Below the pieces are notes generated by a model that saw only the letters and a list, made by a program, of their open reading frames with translations, had not been told where the DNA came from and did not search any database. DNA of 64,000 nt from Candidatus Lernaella stagnicola (GTDB lineage: Bacteria > Lernaellota > Lernaellaia > Lernaellales > Lernaellaceae), in assembly GCA_030765525.1 (NCBI GenBank), contig JAVCCK010000034.1, positions 244,710 to 308,709 of the forward strand. The letters are read 5' to 3'. Shown here in pieces: positions 39,197-49,011 of this stretch. The position numbers were made by a program, and so were the translations under genes. Each line of letters begins with the position of its first letter. Positions within the stretch are counted from its first letter, which is position 1.

Positions 39197-40300
39197 TTAG
39201 ATATCCCAGAGGGCCAGTGTATGGGCCAGGTTGGTCTTTTCATTGTGATGAGCCAGCACGTGTTGGCGTGCGGCGTGCGTTTGATCGGGCAATTCACCGC
39301 GCAGAAAACGCGACAACGCCGCAGCCAGCGCGGCGGGATTATCCGGCGGCACCAGCGTACCCAGTTCGCCGTCGCATAGCGCTTCCGGAGTACCGGACAC
39401 GCTTGTGGCGATGACCGGGATCCCCGCGGCCATGGCTTCGAGTAACGATATCGGTTGACCCTCGTAACGACTGGGCAACACGAAGACATCCGCCGCCGCC
39501 AGCAAGGGTACCGCGTCGTCACGCCAGCCCATCCACCGTACGCGTTTGGCGACTCCCGATTCCTCCGCTTGCGTCCGCAGGGCCGCCGCTTCGGGTCCGA
39601 CACCGGCGATCCACAGCAACCAATCCACATCGTGAATCCGCGCCGCCGCGGTCAGAAGCACGTCGATGCCCTTTTGATGATCCAGGCGCGCCAGCGTGAT
39701 CGCCACTTTTTGTGTTGTGACGCCGAAACGCTTGCGCAGCGCTTCCCGTCGTCCTGTGGGCAACGGCACTATCCGCTCGACGTCAACATGATTCGGCACG
39801 ATGACGATTCGCTCGGCCGGCAGGCCGAAAGATTCCACCAACACACGGCGGTTGGCTTCGCTCACTGCGATGTGAGCGCGCGACGCGCCGTAGACCGCCT
39901 CGATTCGCGCGCGCAGTTCCGGTTCCAGTGTGAAGGATGCGTCGACCAATTGCTCCGTCGCTGCGAACGGAATGCCCCGGCGCATCACGCACTCGCGCGC
40001 CGTCACGCCGGCCCAGGGCACCGGCAGTACGACGTGGACGAAATCCGGACCCAGCTCTTCGAGCAGGCCGTCGATTGCCGCCGTGCACTCCTGCTCCGGC
40101 CACTTCTTGTGGAGGGGGATACGCCGACAAGGAATATTCGCCTCGGCCATTCCGGCGGCGAGGCGGTCCGCTCCCTCATCCTGGTCGATCACGGCGTGAA
40201 TCAACCAACCGGCGGCGCGGGCCGCGCGCGCTAATCCCGTCGTGTAGGTGTCGACGCCGCCGGGCGCGGTCGTATCGCAGATGATCAGGGCGCTTTTCAT
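39197..40300 (-). CDS. glycosyltransferase family 4 (GT-B)
   Basis: EGQPISLLEAMAAGIPVIAT is the E-x7-E GT4 signature region. Confidence 0.85.
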   Translation of the reverse strand: MKSALIICDTTAPGGVDTYTTGLARAARAAGWLIHAVIDQDEGADRLAAGMAEANIPCRRIPLHKKWPEQECTAAIDGLLEELGPDFVHVVLPVPWAGVTARECVMRRGIPFAATEQLVDASFTLEPELRARIEAVYGASRAHIAVSEANRRVLVESFGLPAERIVIVPNHVDVERIVPLPTGRREALRKRFGVTTQKVAITLARLDHQKGIDVLLTAAARIHDVDWLLWIAGVGPEAAALRTQAEESGVAKRVRWMGWRDDAVPLLAAADVFVLPSRYEGQPISLLEAMAAGIPVIATSVSGTPEALCDGELGTLVPPDNPAALAAALSRFLRGELPDQTHAARQHVLAHHNEKTNLAHTLALWDI

Positions 40301-41445
40301 GGGACCAACGGTGCGGGCAGCCCGTGCTGCTTCGCGAGCGCCAGCGTATTGCGAACGAAGCCGGGGCTCGTGCCGCCCACGACGAGCGGCCGGTCGGCAT
40401 CCGGTTTGAATTCCGCCAGGGGCCGTACCGGTATATCGAAAAGTTGCCCGACATCAGCAAACAAGCCTTCCGGCGGTTCGTAAATTGCGTCCACTTCCAG
40501 CGCGGCGTGCTGAGCGGCCCGGATCAAGCCCGGGATCTCCTTGCCCGCTCGCAGGATGCGGATGCCGTGAATTCCTTTACCCATGAGTTCAAAAAAGCAG
40601 GCGGCCGTGTCACGATGGGACAATACGAGGTCCAACACGCGCTCAGGCAGGGGGCTCCGATGTGCGTCGCCGCGCATTACTTTGCGGGGCAATGCTTCCA
40701 GACCGCGTCTAAATCCGGCGTATGCGCCACGTTTGGCGGCGAGGTAGCCGTAGCGAAAGACGATCCAACTGATAAAGCGCAGTGCCTCGTCGCGCGGCAG
40801 GAATTTCGTGGCCAAATACGCGTTGTTCGAAGTTAGACTCTCAATCATGTAGTCGAGGGATTTGCGTTGGGCGGGCTCGTGCCACACGTGGGCGCCGTCG
40901 ACATAGCGCACCTGTAGATCGGCGGCGAGCACGCGGTAAGCCAAGTCGTATTCATCGACGTAACATTGGTATTCCGGATGATAGCCGCCCAAATCGAGTA
41001 GCACGTCGCGGCGCATGGCCGCGCCGCACCCGATATGCACGTGACGACTGCCGCCTTCCTCATACTCGCCATTGGGTAGCGTCACTTCGCAGGCGGCGAT
41101 ACCGAGCGAAGGATCTTGCAGCGCCTCGAGGAGCTTTTCCAACGTGCCGGCCGACGGTGCGCTGTCGTCGTCGAGCATCAGCACAACCGTTGATTCGGCC
41201 CGCGTGGCGCCTTCGTTTCGGGCCGCCATGCCGCGGTTGGCGCCCATCTCCAGCACTTGGATGTCCGGGTGCGCCTTGCGTACGCGCGCGACAGTGCTAT
41301 CCACGCTACCGTTGTCGACCACCACGACTTCGACATCCGGCCCAGGCGTGGCGCCGAGGCGGGCGAGGGTGGCCAGCAAGCGCTCGGTACGGTCCCGGGT
41401 TGGAATCACCAGCGCGCAGTCTGCTCGGCCTCTGACGAAACGCAT
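40297..41445 (-). CDS. glycosyltransferase family 2 with C-terminal extension
   Basis: ALVIPTRDR...VVVVDNGSVDST...LMLDDDS GT-A motifs. 4-bp overlap with the GT4 gene. Confidence 0.8.
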   Translation of the reverse strand: MRFVRGRADCALVIPTRDRTERLLATLARLGATPGPDVEVVVVDNGSVDSTVARVRKAHPDIQVLEMGANRGMAARNEGATRAESTVVLMLDDDSAPSAGTLEKLLEALQDPSLGIAACEVTLPNGEYEEGGSRHVHIGCGAAMRRDVLLDLGGYHPEYQCYVDEYDLAYRVLAADLQVRYVDGAHVWHEPAQRKSLDYMIESLTSNNAYLATKFLPRDEALRFISWIVFRYGYLAAKRGAYAGFRRGLEALPRKVMRGDAHRSPLPERVLDLVLSHRDTAACFFELMGKGIHGIRILRAGKEIPGLIRAAQHAALEVDAIYEPPEGLFADVGQLFDIPVRPLAEFKPDADRPLVVGGTSPGFVRNTLALAKQHGLPAPLVP

Positions 41446-41475
41446 CGCGAACCTCCCTCTGATGGCGTCAAGATA

Positions 41476-42174
41476 TCAATTGTGTCCCCGCCGTTTATCG
41501 AAACGGCTCTCGACCAGAAACACGAAATTGAGCCCGACGTAAGCGTGGTTGAAATCGAAATCGTCATACTCGTTGCGGCTCATGTCGCCCGAGTAGTACT
41601 CGCCTCGTTCGGAAAAAAAGCCGGTATACCCGCCGTGCAAATCAAAAGCCAGCGTCGGAAGAGCGCGAAACAGCAGGCCGGCCCGCGGCGTGAAACCCAG
41701 CAGCCGCCCGGCTGCCTGCCCGTTGAAACTTTCGTCGATCACCACGTACTTCCAATTGCCGAAGGCGAAACCGGCATCCGCGTGAAAACTGAACCATGAC
41801 GTCGCTTGATAGCGCCAGCCGAAGGCAATGTCGAAATACCAGAACGAGAGATCGGCGGAGTCGCCTTTGTGGTGAGAAACCTGGTTATTGGTGGTGAAAG
41901 TGTTGATCGCGCGAAAGAAATGCGGCCCCTGGCCGACGTCACGTCCGAAACTCAATTGTCCGGCCGCCGCGAAGGGGAGAGTTCCAATATCCAGCGCCTC
42001 GATTTCATCGTTGAACTGCTCTTGATCGAAGAAAAGCGGCGCCAGCCCGATCGACACGATATACCCCATTTCGTTGGTTTCAGAACCTCCCTGGGGCTCG
42101 TCCGTTTGTGAAGCATGGGCCGCCGTGGCAACAAACGCGAGCGCGAGCGCCAAAAAAAACACCCTACGAAACAT
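41476..42174 (-). CDS. outer-membrane beta-barrel protein (OmpW/porin-like), putative
   Basis: GAGGAG RBS. Signal peptide MFRRVFFLALALAFVATAAHA. Alternating aromatic/hydrophilic beta-strand pattern. Confidence 0.5.
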   Translation of the reverse strand: MFRRVFFLALALAFVATAAHASQTDEPQGGSETNEMGYIVSIGLAPLFFDQEQFNDEIEALDIGTLPFAAAGQLSFGRDVGQGPHFFRAINTFTTNNQVSHHKGDSADLSFWYFDIAFGWRYQATSWFSFHADAGFAFGNWKYVVIDESFNGQAAGRLLGFTPRAGLLFRALPTLAFDLHGGYTGFFSERGEYYSGDMSRNEYDDFDFNHAYVGLNFVFLVESRFDKRRGHN

Positions 42175-42764
42175 GCATATCTCCTCGGGACATTGCTCCA
42201 ACAACGGTGAAGTATGGGATACTTCGCACCGTTGGTGCAAACCCGAAACGCGATTGCAGCAATGTGCTCACGGGGATTCCTATGTTCGCAGGAAAACGAA
42301 AGCGATGAACCGCCTGGTTCTACGAAAACCGATCCGCTGGTGTTCTATTGTTCGACGCCCAATTTCATGGACGCCTGCCGCCGGACTTACCGCCACATCA
42401 TCCAGCGACGAAAACTCTCGATGATTTCTCTCATCTGCAAGCTCGTCTATCGCTTTTCCGATGTAATACCTGAATACTCGGATGGATCGGCTGCCGGCTT
42501 GAGAAGAAAAATCGATTCGGGAACTCCAGGGACATGACCGGCACTCAATTTAGAGCATGCCGCGCGACGTGAGACGGATACCGCTCAAACTAGCTCGTGA
42601 AAACGGGGAATGGTGCATCAGCGGCGAATTTCTCAAGCGCGGGACGTTGCTGACTTCTTGAAGAGGGCAACAATCACGTCTAAATCGGTTGGATTCTTAA
42701 TTGCTGTAATGATCTTGCAGTGTTACACCGCGTAGTTCGCGCAAAACAGTCGTAACCGGAAGCG

Positions 42765-44399
42765 GTGAAAACCCCTTTGCTTTCAATGGTTATGCCATGC
42801 TATATTCGCGCAACGCTTGAACCGGGGGAGCGGGGGGCGAGGAGCGAAACAGCTTTGACCAAATCTCAAAAAAAAGCTCTGTTCATTTATGTGGCAGTGA
42901 TTGCGTGTCTGATGGCCGCTCCCGCCGCGGCTTTGGAACCCGGTGATGTGGATGAAGGCGACTTGCCGCTGTTCACTATTGGCGGCATTCCCGGATTGCC
43001 GGTCGGCGGCGAGATTGGGATGGCGGTCGAGTTGATTCCGCCGCACGCGGGCTTACCTACCGACGATCTCGATGCCGAAGACGACGAAGCGCTCGAAGGC
43101 GTTTTGGAAGACGGGCAAATGCCCGAACGCATTGCGGCGCCCGTACTTCCGGAAACGCTGCCCTTCGCCGACCTGACCGACAAACAAATCGCCGCGATGC
43201 TCAAGACCGACGCGACGTCCCTCGGCTCGATGTCTATCGGCTTCACCAACAGCGGCGCGTTGATGAACGGAATACAGTTGCCGGCGGGTCCACGTTGGAA
43301 CATCGTCAATCCGGTGGAAACTTGGGGTACGGAAGAAACCGTATTCTTCATCCAGACCGCCATCGCCAAGGTGCACGAGGCGTACCCGAAGAACACCGCT
43401 TCCCTTTATATCGGCGACATCAGCGATCGCGACGGCGGCCGCTTGAACCGCCACGCCAGCCACCAAGCCGGGCGCGACGTCGATTTGGGCTTCTACTTCA
43501 AAGGCGGTCAGGGCACGTGGTATGCCGTAGGCGGCGAGAACAACCTCGATTTGGCGCGCAATTGGGCACTGGTGCGGGCGTTGCTCGTGCACACCGATGC
43601 CGAGTTGATACTGGTAGATCGCAAGATTCAAATCCTGCTGTACAACTATGCCCGCCGCATCGGCGAGGATAAGAACTGGTTGGATTCGGTTTTTCAATAT
43701 CCGAACGGCCGCGGGTATACGGTGATTCGTCATGCGAGGCGGCACCACACCCACTACCACGTACGCTTTTACAATCCGCGCGCCCAGGAAATCGGACGCC
43801 GCGCCTATCGGCATCTGTTGGCGCAAAAGAAGATCAAACCGCCGGTTTCCTACACCTACCACAAAGTGAAACGCGGCCAGACTCTCGGCCACTTGGCCCG
43901 CCGCTACGGCACCTCCGTGCGAACCATCATGCGCGCCAACGGTTTGCGTAGTTCCATGATTCGCGCCGGGCGCACGTATCGCATTCCGCGCAAAGGCGGC
44001 GTGCAGCGCGTTCCCGGGGCGGCCAACGTTCCGGCACGGCGCGTGCCGCCGACCGTGCCCAAGTGTCTCGCCCACGTCGACTGGACGAATACCGGCGGGG
44101 TGACGCCGACGATCCGCCGCCCGCTCGCTTTTGACACGGATTCGCGGGGCAACAAGATTGCCTTCCTGCAGGTCGCCGCGGCCGAGCCCGCGGTGGCGGT
44201 GCCCGCGAAGCCCAAGCCGAAAGTGAAGAAGAAGTCGTCACCGACCCGCCTGCGGTACAAAGTCCGCACGGGCGACAATTTGTGGACAATCGCTCGTCGC
44301 TACGGCGTTTCGGTCAAAGACTTGAAGCGCTGGAACGGGCTGAAATCCAACAAACTGCGGCCCGGTCAGCGGTTGACGATCTACCGAAAAAGGGGATAG
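42765..44399 (+). CDS. murein endopeptidase (MepA/peptidase M74-like) with two C-terminal LysM domains
   Basis: Signal peptide. MepA-like SIGFTNSGALMNGIQLP, HASHQAGRDVD, and the H-x-H zinc motif HHTHYH. LysM motifs YHKVKRGQTLGHLARRYG and YKVRTGDNLWTIARRYG. The true start may be an internal TTG at 42855 after GAGGAG. Confidence 0.7.
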   Translation: MKTPLLSMVMPCYIRATLEPGERGARSETALTKSQKKALFIYVAVIACLMAAPAAALEPGDVDEGDLPLFTIGGIPGLPVGGEIGMAVELIPPHAGLPTDDLDAEDDEALEGVLEDGQMPERIAAPVLPETLPFADLTDKQIAAMLKTDATSLGSMSIGFTNSGALMNGIQLPAGPRWNIVNPVETWGTEETVFFIQTAIAKVHEAYPKNTASLYIGDISDRDGGRLNRHASHQAGRDVDLGFYFKGGQGTWYAVGGENNLDLARNWALVRALLVHTDAELILVDRKIQILLYNYARRIGEDKNWLDSVFQYPNGRGYTVIRHARRHHTHYHVRFYNPRAQEIGRRAYRHLLAQKKIKPPVSYTYHKVKRGQTLGHLARRYGTSVRTIMRANGLRSSMIRAGRTYRIPRKGGVQRVPGAANVPARRVPPTVPKCLAHVDWTNTGGVTPTIRRPLAFDTDSRGNKIAFLQVAAAEPAVAVPAKPKPKVKKKSSPTRLRYKVRTGDNLWTIARRYGVSVKDLKRWNGLKSNKLRPGQRLTIYRKRG

Positions 44400-44431
44400 G
44401 CGAGGGACGCGATGTTGCCGTTTGAATCCGC

Positions 44432-45409
44432 TCAGCGACGCGTTACTTTGATTTTCGTCGTCCCGATCCGCAACACATCCCCCACGTTCAACTCCGTCTG
44501 TTCGATGGCGCGCTCGTTCAAGTAGGATCCGTTGCTGCTGCCCACATCCATGTAGGAGAAGGATTGGCCGGTCACCGAAAAGCGCCCGTGCGCCTTGCTG
44601 ACCATCGCGTCGCGTAACACGAATTTGCAGTCAGTCGATCGACCGATAAGATGCTCGCCGCTATCCAAGCCGAAGACCAATCCGGCGTCCGGCCCTTCCA
44701 CGACTTCCAGTTGACGCACGGCGATGATCTTGGTCGCGTCATCGGGCGAAGCGGTAACCGAGCGCGTCGTTTGTTCGTCCGCGGCGGGCGCCAGCGGTCG
44801 GGCGGTCGGGATTTTATGCGGACGCGGCGGCAGCGCCGGCGGGACGCTGATGGCGTCGGAAAAGGGCGATGGCGGCCGCTTGGACCGTTCCTGATGAAAC
44901 AGGAAGTTGATCAAAAACCACGCCGGCATGAAAAGGGCGTTGGCGACGAGCGGGACCAGCAGGAAAGCGTGGTCGCCGGCGCCATACATCGTGAAGATAA
45001 ACGAGACGATCAACAGCAGAATCAGATACCCGAGAAACCAGAGGGCGTCGAACCACCGTTCCGGCAGGATCAGCATGAAGAATGACGCGTTGTAGAGCAC
45101 GGAACTGATGAAATCATTGCTCGAGGTGAAATACGCGAACATCATCAGGAAAAACGAAACGATCGGCCACACGTAAAACTGCGCCTCGCCGAGAAACCTG
45201 CGAATTGCCACCGAGAGGCCGATCAGTACCAACAACGTCGGGTAGAGCACCGTCACGTAATTGTTGGCGCAGACCATAAAAATGAACGTGAACGCCAGGA
45301 AAAACAGAACGAAAGCAATATGCAGAATGCCGCGCAGGCGCCAACGTAAACCGGATTCTGCGTCCTGAAAATTCTCACGCAATCTGCGCAGAATCAGCGA
45401 GTCGCTCAT
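44432..45409 (-). CDS. polytopic membrane protein with C-terminal FHA domain
   Basis: About 6 TM helices, then a Pro-rich linker and an FHA fold (GPDAGLVFGL...HLIGRS...CKFVL...VSKAHGRF...SSNGSYLN). Confidence 0.75.
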   Translation of the reverse strand: MSDSLILRRLRENFQDAESGLRWRLRGILHIAFVLFFLAFTFIFMVCANNYVTVLYPTLLVLIGLSVAIRRFLGEAQFYVWPIVSFFLMMFAYFTSSNDFISSVLYNASFFMLILPERWFDALWFLGYLILLLIVSFIFTMYGAGDHAFLLVPLVANALFMPAWFLINFLFHQERSKRPPSPFSDAISVPPALPPRPHKIPTARPLAPAADEQTTRSVTASPDDATKIIAVRQLEVVEGPDAGLVFGLDSGEHLIGRSTDCKFVLRDAMVSKAHGRFSVTGQSFSYMDVGSSNGSYLNERAIEQTELNVGDVLRIGTTKIKVTRR

Positions 45410-45605
45410 GACGTCGCGTTTGTCCCGATTTCGCGATCGAGTTCGATTCGGCGGTCGCGCCATTCTATAACTCCGAACGAAAAAGCTAGCTCATGGGAAT
45501 GATGCGAAAGTGTGCCATTGCCCGTGCCCGGGTGCAAGGCGTCGCGCCGTGATTGCGCCGAAATGGAAAAGCGGCGGCATCCCGGTTATAATTCACCGAT
45601 CATCA

Positions 45606-46877
45606 ATGGAGACGGCCGTGAAACCTTCAATGTGGATTGTATGTTGCGCGATGGCCTCGGCCCTTTTTTTGATCCTGCCCGCGTGCAGTGACAACGAAAC
45701 CGAAACCGAATGCGACGATTGCCCGCCGGTCGACGACGACGATAACAACGACGACGACGATGACGCCACGCCCGCGCCGATCATCGGCCCGCCGACCCGC
45801 GTCGTACCCTCGAGCGGTTTGCCGCCGGACTTGGCCTTGCAGGACGCCAACAACAACCTGGATGTCACCCGTCACGACGACCGCGTCTTCCTGGCCTTTC
45901 GCACCGCACCCAGTCACTTTGCCGCTGAAACGGCGGAAATCCACGTTGTCTCCAGCCTCGACCAAGTCCATTGGGACCACGAGATGTCATTCCACCTCGG
46001 ACGCGACCTACGTGAACCCCGCCTGCTCTCGTGGGACGGCGGCCTGTTTCTCTATTTCGCTTTCCTCGGCACGAATCCGATCAACTTTGAGCCCGGCGGC
46101 ATGATGGTCGCCGAATACCTCGGACCTGGCGACTGGACCGAACCCGCCGAATTCTACGGCCAAGGTTTCATCCCTTGGCGCACCAAGACCATCGACGGCG
46201 TGCCGTACATGTTGACGTACGTGGGAGGCGAGAGCGTTTACAGCATCGACCCCGAACCCATCGACGTACACTTTCTGACCACCGCCGACGGCTACACGTG
46301 GGTTCCGGTCGTGCCGGGACAGCCGGTCGTCATCGAAGGCGGCTGCACCGAAACCGATGTCGTCTTTCTCGACAACGGCGACTTGGTGGCGGTCAGCCGC
46401 TGCGAAGCCCGCGACACGTTGGGCTTCGGTATGCGCATTTGCCGCGCTCCCGCGGAGGATCTCGGCCGGTGGGAGTGCGTCATGGATCCTAAGAAGTACG
46501 ACTCGCCGCTGCTGTTCCGCGAGGGCGACGACATTTACCTGATTGGTCGGCGCAACCTGACGGCGGACGGCAATTACAACCTGGGTTACGACACGCTTCC
46601 GGACTTGTTGCAGTATCTGATCTACGAACTCGATTATTGGATTGCGCCCAAACGCACGTCCCTTTGGCGTGTGAACCCCGAGACGCTGACGGTCTCTTTC
46701 GTGGACGATTTCCCGTCCCGCGGCGACACGTCATTTGCGGGAATTATTGGGGAGGGCGAACACGCCTACGAGGTGTACAATTACACATCACCGCTTCAGG
46801 AGCCGGATTACGTGTGGTTGATGGGGCAGTTGGGTAAAACGGTCATCGTGCGCGTCACGCTGACGTTTCCACAATGA
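45606..46877 (+). CDS. lipoprotein, beta-propeller glycosidase-like, with poly-Asp linker
   Basis: Lipobox LILPAC, then SDNETETECDDCPPVDDDDNNDDDDDA. Domain layout parallels the 27514 lipoprotein (NNNLDVTRHDDRVFLAFRTA block). Confidence 0.5.
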   Translation: METAVKPSMWIVCCAMASALFLILPACSDNETETECDDCPPVDDDDNNDDDDDATPAPIIGPPTRVVPSSGLPPDLALQDANNNLDVTRHDDRVFLAFRTAPSHFAAETAEIHVVSSLDQVHWDHEMSFHLGRDLREPRLLSWDGGLFLYFAFLGTNPINFEPGGMMVAEYLGPGDWTEPAEFYGQGFIPWRTKTIDGVPYMLTYVGGESVYSIDPEPIDVHFLTTADGYTWVPVVPGQPVVIEGGCTETDVVFLDNGDLVAVSRCEARDTLGFGMRICRAPAEDLGRWECVMDPKKYDSPLLFREGDDIYLIGRRNLTADGNYNLGYDTLPDLLQYLIYELDYWIAPKRTSLWRVNPETLTVSFVDDFPSRGDTSFAGIIGEGEHAYEVYNYTSPLQEPDYVWLMGQLGKTVIVRVTLTFPQ

Positions 46878-49000
46878 TCAAACCAAAGGGGAGCGCTGCC
46901 GGCATGTCTTGGTTACTTCGGGCCCGCGCGTGGCTGACCGTCGCCCTGGCTGCGACGATGCTGCTGGTCGCTTGCGGCAAATCCCCGCCGCCGTTGACGG
47001 GGCAGGTTCCGCTCGAGACCGTGGAGCGGATGGCCGTGCGCGGCAACGTGGACTCGCTCGGCGAAATACTGCTGACCGCCCGCAACCCAGAAGCCCGCAT
47101 CCGAGCCGCCGAACTGCTGGGCGCCGTGGGTGGACGCGACGCCGCACCGCCGCTGATCACCGCCTTCAACAATCCCTCACTGGAACGCGCCGCCCGCGTG
47201 GCTGCGGCCACGGCACTGGGCGAGGTCGGCGACCCACGCGCCGTGGCTTCGCTGTTGGCGGGGCTGCAGGAAAGCGATGATGCCTTGCGGCGCGCCTGCG
47301 CTTCGTCGCTGGCGGCGTATCGCGACACGCGAATTTTCAATCCCTTGCTGGCGCATCTGTCCGATCACGATCCGGTCGTCCGTCGATTTGCGGCGCGCGC
47401 TTTAGGCGAACAGGGCGATCGCCGCGCCGTCGCCCCTTTGATTGAGGCGCTGGAAAAACGCGTCATTGACGAGAACGGCAAGCTGCAACCCGCAGTCGGC
47501 GAGCGATGGGACGATATCTCGGCCTTGGTCTCGGCGTTGGGTGTGCTGCGCGACCCGGAAGCCGTCACCATCATCGCCGCGAGTTGCCGCGCCGCCAACA
47601 TGCTTGGCGAACCGCAATGTGTGGACGCTCTACGACGGATCGGGGGCGAGGCAGCGGCGGACGTGCTGCACGACATCGTCGTGCGGGACGACCAGGCACG
47701 TACCCACGAGCGCGCCGCACAAGCCCTGGCCAGGGCCGCCGACGAGCACGCGGTGTTTGCGTTGGTCACCGTCGTGCGCGATGGCCCGACATCGGGCAAG
47801 ATCGCCGCGATCAAAGCCCTCGGATCGTTGTTCGGGACCGGCGAGCTATCGGCGGAAAAACAGCGGTTGCGTAAAGAGATGAACGTCGTGCCGGCGCTGG
47901 TCGGCGCGGCCGCCCATGCCGATCGGGAGGTGCGCCGCCATGCGTGTTTGGCGCTGGGCCGTTTGGCATCCGAAGAGGGCCGTAAGGCCGTCATGGCTAA
48001 CCTAGGCCACGAAGACCCGCTCGTGCGTGAAGCGGCCGTGATCGCGCTGGGAGACATCGGCGGCGAGGATGCGGTGGCGCCGTTGCTTAAGGCTCTAGAC
48101 GATTTCAACGATCGAGTCTTCCAGGCGGCGGCGTTGGCGTTGGGTGGGCTGCGGGAAATGAAAGCGGTTGATCCCTTGCTGGCGGCGCTGGGCGGCGGTA
48201 CGGCTGAGGCGCGCGCGGCCGCGGCGTCGGCGCTGGGGCTGATCGGCGACCCGGCGGCTGGCACGGCCCTCACCGGGGCGTTGAAGGACACTGACCGGCA
48301 CGTCGTCGCGCAGGCCGCGTTGGCGTTGGCCGCGATGAAGTTCAAACCGGCATTGCCGCAGATGTCGATCGCCTTTACGAACACCGAAGGTGAGTCGCGC
48401 CTTGCCGTAACCAAGGCATTAGGGGCGCTCGGCGAGGAAAACACAGCCCGCTTCCTGCTTTCCTCCTTGCGCGATACCGACCCGAACGTGCGCCGCGCCG
48501 TCGCCGATGCGCTCGGGGGCATTGCCTCCCCGGTGGCGAAATCGGATTTGCGGGAGGCCCTTCGCGATACCGATCCGCAGGTGCGCGAGGCCGCCGTTGC
48601 CGCATTGGTGGCCGTGGCCGGCGAGTCGGCGGCCCGGGATTTGCTGAGCATGCTGCGCAACAACGAAGAGCCTCCCTCGGTGCGAGCCGCGGCGGCTGCG
48701 GGATTGGGGCGACTGGGTGCGGCGGTGGCGATCGAGGACCTCGTTCACGCCGTATATGATCCCGCCCCGACCGTGCGCGCGGCGGCGACCGTCGCGCTGG
48801 CCCAAACCGGCGGGCCTGAACACGCCGAGGATCTCCTCCGGCGACTGGCCGACCCCTCGCCGATTGTGCGCCGCTTTGTCGCGCCGTCCCTGGCGGCTTA
48901 CGAAAAGCGGGTTCCCTTGAACAACGATATTCGGGCGCGATTGTTGACCCATCCGGCGATGCGCCGCTGGCGGGCCGCCGCCGTCGAATCGGAACCCTAA
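46874..49000 (+). CDS. HEAT-repeat (PBS-lyase-type) lipoprotein
   Basis: ATGA overlap with the upstream gene. Lipobox LLVAC. About 17 tandem repeats of AAxALGxIGDxxAVxxLxxxLxDxDxxVRxxAAxAL. Confidence 0.75.
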   Translation: MIKPKGSAAGMSWLLRARAWLTVALAATMLLVACGKSPPPLTGQVPLETVERMAVRGNVDSLGEILLTARNPEARIRAAELLGAVGGRDAAPPLITAFNNPSLERAARVAAATALGEVGDPRAVASLLAGLQESDDALRRACASSLAAYRDTRIFNPLLAHLSDHDPVVRRFAARALGEQGDRRAVAPLIEALEKRVIDENGKLQPAVGERWDDISALVSALGVLRDPEAVTIIAASCRAANMLGEPQCVDALRRIGGEAAADVLHDIVVRDDQARTHERAAQALARAADEHAVFALVTVVRDGPTSGKIAAIKALGSLFGTGELSAEKQRLRKEMNVVPALVGAAAHADREVRRHACLALGRLASEEGRKAVMANLGHEDPLVREAAVIALGDIGGEDAVAPLLKALDDFNDRVFQAAALALGGLREMKAVDPLLAALGGGTAEARAAAASALGLIGDPAAGTALTGALKDTDRHVVAQAALALAAMKFKPALPQMSIAFTNTEGESRLAVTKALGALGEENTARFLLSSLRDTDPNVRRAVADALGGIASPVAKSDLREALRDTDPQVREAAVAALVAVAGESAARDLLSMLRNNEEPPSVRAAAAAGLGRLGAAVAIEDLVHAVYDPAPTVRAAATVALAQTGGPEHAEDLLRRLADPSPIVRRFVAPSLAAYEKRVPLNNDIRARLLTHPAMRRWRAAAVESEP

Positions 49001-49011
49001 GGGACCGCATC

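Noticed and set aside
42214-42537. 107-aa ORF in the AT-rich leader upstream of the LysM endopeptidase
   Set aside because: No RBS, no signal or TM or motif content, and it overlaps the preceding OMP gene start region. More likely non-coding leader or regulatory RNA, but not excluded.
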